Shown here piece after piece: positions 9,113-17,227 of a stretch of DNA of 64,000 bases. The stretch comes from an uncultured Actinomycetota bacterium. GTDB taxonomy: Bacteria > Actinomycetota > Actinomycetes > Streptosporangiales > Streptosporangiaceae. The notes under the pieces are model-generated. The model made no database searches, was not told the origin of the DNA, and worked only from the letters and a program-made list of their open reading frames with translations. The stretch spans positions 261,318 through 325,317 of the forward strand of contig CAWKNX010000003.1 of assembly GCA_963851085.1 (NCBI GenBank), in the 5' to 3' direction. Position 1 is the stretch's first letter, and each line of letters begins with the position of its first letter. The translations under genes were made by a program, and so were the position numbers.

Positions 9113-10680
9113 CGACTCCCGGCGGCGGAGGCCCCGAGCCTGGCCCCGAGCCTGGCCCCGAGCCGCGCCGCATCACCCATTGGATCAACGGCAGGCCCTG
9201 GCCGGGGGCAGAGCCAGGAGCCCGGCAGGAGGCGTCACGGCAGGGCGAGGTCTACGATCCGTCCACTGGCCGGGTGGCCGGGCTCGTGGACCTCGCATCT
9301 CCCGCTGAGGTCGACGCCGCGGTCGCGGCGGCAAAGGCCGCGTTCGCGAGCTGGCGGGAGTCGTCGCTCACCAAGCGGGCGGCTGTCATGTTCGCCTTCC
9401 GCGAGCTGGTCAAGCGCGGGGCGGCCGGGCTGGCCGCGCTGGTCAGTTCCGAGCACGGCAAGGTGCAGACGGACGCGGCAGGTGAGGTCGCGCGCGGCCT
9501 GGAGGTCGTCGAGTTCGCGTGCGGTATCCCGCACCTGCTCAAGGGCGGCTTCTCCGAGAACGTGTCCACCCGTGTCGACTCGTACTCCATCCGGCAGCCG
9601 GTCGGCGTCGCGGCCGGAATCACGCCGTTCAACTTCCCCGCGATGGTGCCGATGTGGATGTTCCCCATCGCCATCGCGTGCGGAAACACGTTCGTGCTCA
9701 AGCCGTCGGAGAAGGACCCGTCCGCCTCGGTGCGGATCGCCGAACTGTGGGCGGAGGCCGGCCTGCCCGAGGGCGTGTTCAACGTGGTCCAGGGCGACAA
9801 GGTCGCGGTCGACGCGCTGCTGCGCCATCCCGATGTCCAGGCCGTCAGCTTCGTCGGGTCCACGCCCATCGCCAGGTACGTCTACGAGACAGGGACCTCG
9901 GCCGGCAAGCGGGTGCAGGCGCTCGGCGGGGCCAAGAATCACATGGTGGTGCTCCCGGACGCCGACCTCGACCTCGCCGCCGACGCCGCCGTCTCCGCGG
10001 GGTTCGGGTCGGCAGGTGAGCGCTGCATGGCGATCTCTGTCGTGGCCGCCGTGGACCCGGTCGGGGACGGGCTGATCGAGAAGATCAAGGACCGGGTGGC
10101 GAAGCTCCAGGTCGGCCCGGGCAGCGACGCGCGATCGGAAATGGGCCCGCTGGTCACCGGCCCGCACCGCGACAAGGTGGCGGGCTATCTCGACACCGGG
10201 GTCAAGGAGGGTGCGACGCTGGCCATCGACGGCCGTGTGCACCCGGTCATCGGCGGCAACGCGGACGGGTTCTGGCTGGGGCCGTCTGTCCTTGATCACG
10301 TCGCGCCGGGAATGAGCTGCTACACCGACGAGATATTCGGCCCGGTGCTCTGTGTCGTGCGGGTCCCCACTTACGATTCCGCGCTCGGCCTGATCAATGC
10401 GAACCCGTATGGCAACGGAACAGCGATCTTCACCAACGACGGTGGAGCCGCCCGCCGGTTCGCCAGCGAGATCGAGGTCGGGATGGTCGGGATCAACGTC
10501 CCGATTCCCGTGCCGATGGCGTACTACTCATTCGGCGGCTGGAAAAACTCGCTGTTCGGTGACACGCATATGCACGGCGCCGAGGGTGTGCATTTCTATA
10601 CGCGCGGCAAAGTGATCACGTCACGCTGGCTCGATCCGAGCCACGGCGGGGTGAACCTCGGTTTCCCCGTGAACGCGTAA
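9109..10680 (+). CDS. mmsA: CoA-acylating methylmalonate-semialdehyde dehydrogenase
   Basis: Motifs are GITPFNFPAMVPMWMFPIAIACGNTFVLKPSEKDP, GERCMAIS and VGINVPIPVP..FGGWK. The N-terminus carries a GPEP x3 microsatellite. Confidence 0.9.
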   Translation: MTTPGGGGPEPGPEPGPEPRRITHWINGRPWPGAEPGARQEASRQGEVYDPSTGRVAGLVDLASPAEVDAAVAAAKAAFASWRESSLTKRAAVMFAFRELVKRGAAGLAALVSSEHGKVQTDAAGEVARGLEVVEFACGIPHLLKGGFSENVSTRVDSYSIRQPVGVAAGITPFNFPAMVPMWMFPIAIACGNTFVLKPSEKDPSASVRIAELWAEAGLPEGVFNVVQGDKVAVDALLRHPDVQAVSFVGSTPIARYVYETGTSAGKRVQALGGAKNHMVVLPDADLDLAADAAVSAGFGSAGERCMAISVVAAVDPVGDGLIEKIKDRVAKLQVGPGSDARSEMGPLVTGPHRDKVAGYLDTGVKEGATLAIDGRVHPVIGGNADGFWLGPSVLDHVAPGMSCYTDEIFGPVLCVVRVPTYDSALGLINANPYGNGTAIFTNDGGAARRFASEIEVGMVGINVPIPVPMAYYSFGGWKNSLFGDTHMHGAEGVHFYTRGKVITSRWLDPSHGGVNLGFPVNA

Positions 10681-10727
10681 CCGAGTGGCACGCACGTGCG
10701 TTCACAGGGAAACCGGCCTGACACTGG

Positions 10728-11003
10728 TCAGGCGTCGGCGGCGGACTTCGACTTGCCGCTGCGCGCCAGGGAAATTCCCGCGATCACGAACAGTGCGACG
10801 GCGACGACGAGGGCGCCGATTCCGCGGACGGTGCGGTGGCCCTTGTGGTGGGGCTCAGCGCCAAGGATGCTCGGAAGCGCCTGCGCCGTCTTGGTGAGGT
10901 AGATGACCCCGGCTACCGCGACGAGCACCGCGACGATGGCCAAGACCACGGCCAGGATCATCGTGCCGCCACGCCGACCGCCCGATGCGCTGACAGAACT
11001 CAA
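10728..11003 (-). CDS. Small two-TM membrane protein (91 aa), paralogue A
   Basis: TTG start. Sequence runs MSSVSASGGRRGG, TM, IYLTKTAQALPS, basic loop, TM, GKSKSA. It is a near-duplicate of 11208-11483. No family is recognised. Confidence 0.5.
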   Translation of the reverse strand: MSSVSASGGRRGGTMILAVVLAIVAVLVAVAGVIYLTKTAQALPSILGAEPHHKGHRTVRGIGALVVAVALFVIAGISLARSGKSKSAADA

Positions 11004-11207
11004 CGTGTCCTCCTCAGGGAACCTTTTGCTGCGTGCCGCACGCTACCGGTTCGGCCGGTAGCTGTGGGTGAGGATGGCCAAACGCCTCATAACACCCTGA
11101 TCACGCCTTTAAGAGCCGGTGGCTCGGGGCCCCAGACCTTGGGGCCCCGAGCTTGCGGACCCGGGCGTGGGCTGACCGGCGTCCCTGGCCAGGCCCGGCC
11201 CGCGGGG

Positions 11208-11483
11208 CTAACTCTGCGGGTCCGCGGACTTGCCGCCGCGCCTCATCGCGAACCCGGCGAGAATCAGGGCGATGACGGCCACGGCGATCGCGGCGACCCG
11301 CGCACGGTGTCGTGGCCGCGTGTTGCCGGCCCTTCGGCCAGGCATGTAGCTGGGCAGCGACTGCGATGCCTTGGTCAGGTAGATGATGCCGGCGATGGCC
11401 GCAAGGATGGCGATGATCACCAGGATGATGGCGAGAACCAAGGCGCCTGTCCGCCGCCCTCCCGATGCGCCGACAGAACTCAT
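11208..11483 (-). CDS. Small two-TM membrane protein (91 aa), paralogue B
   Basis: ATG at 11481-11483 is preceded by gaggaggg. Sequence runs MSSVGASGGRRTG, TM, IYLTKASQSLPS, basic loop, TM. It has the same length and architecture as 10728-11003. Confidence 0.5.
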   Translation of the reverse strand: MSSVGASGGRRTGALVLAIILVIIAILAAIAGIIYLTKASQSLPSYMPGRRAGNTRPRHRARVAAIAVAVIALILAGFAMRRGGKSADPQS

Positions 11484-11583
11484 ATCCCTCCTCGGCGGAG
11501 CCATAACCTGCGTGCCGCAGGTTACTCCGGCGAGTCCGCGGGCGGCGGCATCGTTGGCGTAACGATTGACATTCCGTTGGTTA

Positions 11584-12960
11584 TCGTGGCTGGAGCAAAG
11601 CGCCTGCTCGAGGATGGTCAGGCCCTCGCCAAGAAGATCGTCGCCGATCACCAGCGGAGGCAGGAACCGCAGCACGTTACCGAACGTGCCGCAGGTGAGC
11701 ACCATGAGCCCGGCGCTGTGGCAGGCCGAGGCGACCCGCTTGGCGATCTCGGGGCGGGCTCGAGGGTCCCCGGCGCCGTCAGCTCGATGGCGAGCATCGC
11801 GCCACGGCCGCGGACGTCGGCGATCACCGGGTGACGCGCCGCGAGTTCACGCAGCCGCGGCAGCATCACCGAGCCGATGTGCCGGGCCCGCCCGGCCAGG
11901 TCATGCTCCTCCATCGCCGTGAATCGCGCCGAGGGCGGCGGCGCAGGCGACCGGGTTGCCGCCGTACGTGCCGCCCAGGCCGCCCGCATGCACCGCGTCC
12001 ATTAGCTCGGTGCGGCCGGTGACGGCGGCTAGCGGGCAGGCCGCCCGCGATGCCCTTCGCCGTGGTGACCAGGTCGGGGACGATGCCCTCGTGGTCGGAG
12101 GCGAACCAGTCGCCGGTGCGGCAGAAGCCGGTCTGGATCTCGTCCGCGATGAACACGATGCCGCTTCGCCCGGCAGAACTCCGCGAGCCGCGGCAGGAAG
12201 CCGTCGGGTGGCACGACGAACCCGCCCTCGCCCTGAATGGGCTCGATGATCACCGCGGCCACGTTCTGCTCGCCGACCTGGGTGTGGATCAGCTCGGCGA
12301 CTTCGGCGAACGCCTCCTCCGCGCAATGCTGCGGCCCGGTCGGCCAGCGCAGCGGGTAGGCCATCGGCATCCGGTAGATCTCACCGGCGAACGGCCCGAA
12401 CCGGTGCTTGTAGGGCATGTTCTTCGCCGTCAGCGCCATGGTGAGATTGGTGCGGCCGTGGTAGGCGTGGTCGAACGCGATGAGGGCAGGCCGCCCGGTC
12501 GCGTGCCGGGCGATCTTCACGGCGTTCTCCACCGCCTCAGCGCCGGAGTTGAACAGCGCGGAACGCTTGTCGTGATCGCCCGGGGTCAGCCGGGCGAGCG
12601 CCTCGCAGACGGCGGACGTATCCCTCGTACGGCGCGACCATGAAGCAGGTGTGGGTGAATCTGCGCACCTGCTCGATCACCCGCTCGACAACCTCGGGTG
12701 CGCTGTTGCCCACACTGGTGACGGCGATGCCGGACCCGAAGTCGATGAGAGAGTTGCCGTCCGCGTCCACGAGCACACCGCCGCCCGCGGCGGTGACGAA
12801 TACGGGGAGCACGTGGCTCACGCCCTTGGCGACGCTGCGCTCCCGGCGGGCGAGCAGTTCACGTGACGCGGGTCCGGGGATGTCGGTGACGAGCCTGCGC
12901 TCTTGCGGCAGTGCCGGGCCGCCCGCCAGCCACCTGCGGCCTCGCTGTGTTCGCGGTCAT
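11584..12960 (-). pseudogene. gabT: 4-aminobutyrate aminotransferase, broken into at least 7 frame segments
   Basis: GabT-like pieces lie in different minus-strand frames. In order: MTANTARPQ.., SHVLPVFVTAAGGGVLVDADGN.., ENAVKIARHATGRPALIAFDHAYHGRT.., [104 protein letters not shown]. Two breaks inspected lie at C-runs. Confidence 0.6.
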
Positions 12961-13525
12961 ACTGCCGACAATAGATGGCCGCGTCGAATGGTCCCTAACG
13001 GCTTCGCGGACAGTGTCAAGTGAACTGAAGGTGGCACAACCCTGGCGGGGGGTGCGGGGGGTCGCCGCCCGCGTCACCGGCCCGGGGCGCCGTCCGCGGT
13101 GCCGCTCCCGGACGGCCGGGCCCACTGCGGCCCGCACCGCCGGGCCGCGGCCAGCGCGCCGAGCGTGGGCCAGTCCCCCGAGCTGGCGGCCACGGTGTTG
13201 CGCGCGGACGCGGCCATGCCATCCGATGGCATGGCCGCAAGCCGGATGCGCGGGCCGTCTTGCCGGCTCACTGTGACCTATACTCGGGGGCAATTCGGGA
13301 TTGATGTGCCCGACAGGTGTGGGCTTGCCGCGCAATGGCACAGTGCGGGTGGCGGGGTGGACTGGACGCTCGCCGCACGCAGTGCTCAGTCGCCAACTGG
13401 ACGCCGGATCAGGCGTCTAGTGGCGTGTGCGGCTTACCCTCAGCCGGTCCTGACTTCACCGTCAGACGCCGCACGAAGGAGCCTAAAGTCTGGATATGCA
13501 GTCAATTGGTTACATATGCGACAGC

Positions 13526-14980
13526 ATGGCGGCGGCGCCGACCACCGTTCACCAGCCGGGCCCGCGGCTGCGACCTTGGTCCAGTGTCGGCCCGGGCGGC
13601 GGCAGTGATCCGGTCCATCGCGGCGGCGTACATCATCGTGCAGGTCGGGCTCTGGCACTCGTTCTACGCGGCGCACACGTGGCGCCTGGCCGGGCCCGCC
13701 GTGGCCATCGGCTGGGCCGTCGCGCTCGTGGTCTGGCTTGCGGCGCGCCAACGGCCCGCGGCCTGGCTCGTCGCGGCCGACTCCGCTGTGCTCGTCACCC
13801 TCGCCCTGTCCGGCGCGTGGTGGGTACCGCCGGAAATGCGCGGTGACACGGCGAGCTGGCTCTACATCCTGCTCGCGGCTCAGTCGGTGTTCCCGTTGTG
13901 GTGTGCGCCGATCGGCGCTCGCGGTGCCGCTGGTGCTCGCGTCCTGCGCCGCCTACTGGGTGGGCGTCGTGCTTCTTTCTCCGGTCCTGGCGGCCAACAG
14001 CGCACCTGGCGCCTCGACGGTGCTGATCCTCGTGGTTGCCGCCGTGGCCTGGATCGGCTACCAGATGCTGGATGGCCGTGCCGTCGGGGCTGACACGGCC
14101 CTCGCGGAGGCGGACGCCGCCGAGCACGACCAGTACGTCGCCTTGTGCAGGAACACCGAGCGCCGTGAGCATGAACGCCTGCTGCATGACACCGTCCTCA
14201 ACACGCTCACAGCCCTCGCCCGCCTGGGCCCAGGGCGGCACGGCGACCGCGGCGCCAAGGGCTGCACGCGAGAGCGATCTGAACGAGGTCATCGGCCGCT
14301 GCAGGCACGACGTGGCACTGATGGAATATGTGCTCGGCGGGTCCACGGACGCGGATCAGGCGGCGCATGAGCGAGACCCGGACGGCCGCATACTCGTCGC
14401 GGTCGAGGCCGTCGCCTTGAGATGCGCGCCCGCGGCCTTGACGTGCACGTTCGGTCGACGGCCACGGCCGGAGGCGAGGAAGAGGCCGCCGGGGCCGGGT
14501 CCGCACGGGCCGGTGCCGGTGCCGGTGCCAGTTGTCGCGGCGGTCGCGCGTGCCCTGCGTGAGGCACTCTCCAACGTGGCCCGCCATGCGGGCACCAGCG
14601 AAGCCTGGGTGGATATGTGCCGTACTGAAGCTGGCGCGGGCCCGCAGGAAACTGGCGGCCTTACGGTCACCGTCCGCGATCGCGGCGTCGGGTTCGACCC
14701 TGGCAGCGTCGGGCCCGACCGGCTCGGTATCGGGCGTTCGATCGTAGAGCGAATCGCCGATTGCGGTGGCACCGCGTCGGTGCGGTCCTCGCCAGGAAAT
14801 GGGACCACCGTCACCTTGTGCGTGCCGGTCCGGGCGGAGGCCCTCAGCGCACAGCCCGCGACGGTCGCACGGCGGGCGCCGGTCACCATGGGCGCCGATC
14901 CCACCGCGCACGCCGGTCTCGCCGCGCGTCTGACCCGGCACGCCGGCGCGGGCCGGCTAATGCCGCGGGGCATGCGATGA
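13526..14980 (+). pseudogene. Membrane sensor histidine kinase (HisKA_3/NarL-partner type), several frame breaks
   Basis: TM region is IIVQVGLWHSFYAAHTWRLAGPAVAIGW.. The H-box is EHERLLHDTVLNTLTAL. The ATPase part is ALREALSNVARHAG..VTVRDRGVGFDP..GIGRSIVERIADCGGTASVRSSPGNGTTVTL. These pieces fall in three different frames. Confidence 0.55.
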
Positions 14981-15004
14981 ACCGCGACGTGATGGTGGCA
15001 GGGA

Positions 15005-16135
15005 GTGTACGAGTCCGAGTGGCCGCGCGTGGCCGGCGCGGTGGCGGTCATCTGGCAGCTGGCGTTGCTGCTCCAGGTACTCGCCTACCTCGGCGATTTC
15101 CGTCAGCCCGCCGTGCCGGTCGCGGTGTGGCTCGGCCTGCTCGCCGCCGCGGCGTGGCTGGTGCCACGCGCCCGCGGAGCGGGCTCACCGGGCCGAGTCC
15201 GCCCTCGCTGTCGGGGTCGCCGCTGCCGCGGTGCTGCTTGTCGGCCTGGAGCGCCGCGGGCACGGTGCCACCGGGTCGGTGGACTGGTCGGTCGATCGGC
15301 ACCGGCTGGTTGCTCGCGCTCGTCGCCGCTATGCCGCCCGGCATGGGAGTGGATCTGCGGTGCGCTGTGGTCTTCGCGATCCACGCCGCCGTGGCTGTCC
15401 GCGTCCTCGGTGTGCAGACGCTCGGATTGGTCCGGCTGTCCGTGACTGCTTACACGCTGGTCGTGATATTCGCGGCATTCGCGGCCGTGCGGCCGATGTT
15501 CCGTGCCAGTGCCCGGATAACGGCCCGCCGCGCCGAGCTCGCGAGCCGGTCGGCCGCGGAACGCGCGGCGACCGCAGCGGTGCAGGAGGACCGCGGCCGG
15601 CGCCTGGCCGTGCTTGAAGCCGAGGTTCTCCCGCTGCTGCGCGCGATCGCCGATGGAAGCGGGGACCCGACCGCGGCAGCCGTTCGGGAGCAATGTGGTC
15701 ACAGCGCTGCGATGCTGCGGCATGCGCTGGCTGACCGGGCAGGTGCCGGGGGGGAACTGCTGACCGAGTTCGAGCCAGTGCTTCGCGCGGCGGGCGGACG
15801 CGGCGTGCCGGTCGAGACGCAGGTGGTCGGCGACCCCGGGGTCACCGGGCCGCAGGTGATTCACGCGACGACCGCGGCGCTTGAGCGGATACTCCACGGG
15901 CTCCCGCCGCAGCCGGTGGTGCTCACTGTCCTCGCGACCGTCGACGAGGTCGAGCTCTACCTGACCTTCCGCATCTCCCACGACCCGCTGAATCCCGCGC
16001 CGCGCCTCGTCGACCTGGATGCGGCGGCGCCGCCGGGGTCCGCGCTGGCAGGCCACGATCGACGTCGACGAGGCCGGCGCGGGCTGCCTGGAGGTCCGGT
16101 GGCCGAAGGTGGTTCACGCGATGGCGCAACCGTGA
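15005..16135 (+). pseudogene. Second membrane sensor-like protein of the module (no H/N/G boxes recognised by eye), frame-broken
   Basis: GTG at 15005. TM-rich N-terminus, then a cytoplasmic part (..RRLAVLEAEVLPLLRAIADG..). The end reads WQATIDVDEAGAGCLEVRWPKVVHAMAQP with its stop overlapping the regulator start (GTGA at 16132-16135). The pieces lie in at least 3 frames. Confidence 0.4.
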
Positions 16136-16858
16136 CCACCCCTGACGTGCCGGGCGCCGTCATCAAGGTCGCGGCTGTGGACGATCACCCCATCGTGCTT
16201 GGCGGCATCTCAGCTGGCTCGAGGCGGAGCAGGGCGATATCCGCGTCGTCGGCACCGCGACGACGGTCGATGGCTTGCTGGCATCGGCCCTGGGCGGGAC
16301 GCCGACGTCGTCCTCCTCGATCTCGACCTGGGCGATGGCACGGCTGCCGAGCGTAACGTCGGCGTGATCCTCGCCGCGGGTGCTGCCGTCCTGATCCTCG
16401 CTGCCTCCGACAAACCGCTGTCCGTTCGTGCCGCGATGCGCGCGGGCGCCCTCGGGTACGTCCTCAAGAGCGAGGAGAACCACGCGGTGCGTGCCGCCAT
16501 CCGGGCGGTCGCGGCGGGTGAAGCGTGGGTCTCGCCGAGCCTGGCGTACATCCTTGCCACCGATGACGCACCGGACCGCCCCACCCTGAGCCCGCAGGAG
16601 ACGCGTGCGCTCCGGCTCTACGCCACGGGTATGCCGCTCAAGTCCGTCGCCCGCCGCATGTCGATCGGGGAGGAAACGGTCAAGCAGTACCTGGGGCGGG
16701 TGCGGGAGAAGTACGCCCGCGCCGGGCGCACCGCTGCCACGAAGCTTGATCTGTACCACCGGGCGGTCGAGGACGGGCACCTTCCCCCTCCATCTGCCGA
16801 GACAGCGTCAGTCCAGGGGGACGACCCCCTGGAACCCCCGCATGAGGCCAGCTTCTGA
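16132..16858 (+). pseudogene. NarL/LuxR-family response regulator, two frame breaks near the 5' end
   Basis: The receiver domain is split as VIKVAAVDDHPIVLGGISA / WLEAEQGDIRVVGTATTVDGLLASALG / RDADVVLLDLDLGDG.. The LuxR HTH is TLSPQETRALRLYATGMPLKSVARRMSIGEETVKQYLGRVREKY. Confidence 0.65.
16813..16847. repeat. Family-A GC-rich palindromic element, copy A1 (inside the regulator 3' end)
   Basis: ccagggggacgaccccctggaacccccgcatgagg has the same core as the copies at 20345-20640 (inverted), 33971-34275 and 42806-42849. Confidence 0.65.
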
Positions 16859-16874
16859 CCGCTTGTCGCCGAAT

Positions 16875-17055
16875 CCCCACGAAGGTCCCGCCCTCGACCC
16901 GAGCGGGCGGCCGAGGACGGGGACCAACCCCCCAGAAGGTCCCCGCCCTCGGCGCCATCGGCTGTGTCACGGACGGGTACCTCCCCCCCTTCAGCTTTGG
17001 CGCATCCGGTCGTGACCGCTCCTGACCGGACCCCCTAGAAGGTCCCCACCCACGG
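16875..17055. repeat. Three dispersed copies of a CCCCnnGAAGGTCCCC motif, including a 13-bp-stem hairpin
   Basis: Motifs at 16875-16896, 16928-16952 and 17031-17055. gaggacggggacc (16913-16925) pairs with ggtccccgccctc (16938-16950) with one mismatch. This is probably a degenerate relative of family A. Confidence 0.5.
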
Positions 17056-17165
17056 CTCTGCCGATGTGCACGATGCTAGGTCCGATGTGCGCGGTACGCA
17101 CGACCCCTAATCGGGGGTCATTCCCCGGCCGTTACCCGTGCCATGGATCGGCGTGGCCCGGGCCA

Positions 17166-17189
17166 GAACCGCCGGCCTGCGGCGGGTTC
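17166..17189 (-). terminator. GC-rich hairpin downstream of the fused E1 gene
   Basis: gaaccgccg gcctg cggcgggttc lies about 40 nt past the stop at 17228. No U-tract. Confidence 0.3.
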
Positions 17190-17227
17190 CGCCGAACCCT
17201 GCTCCCATCGGCCTCCAGGCCGGCCTC

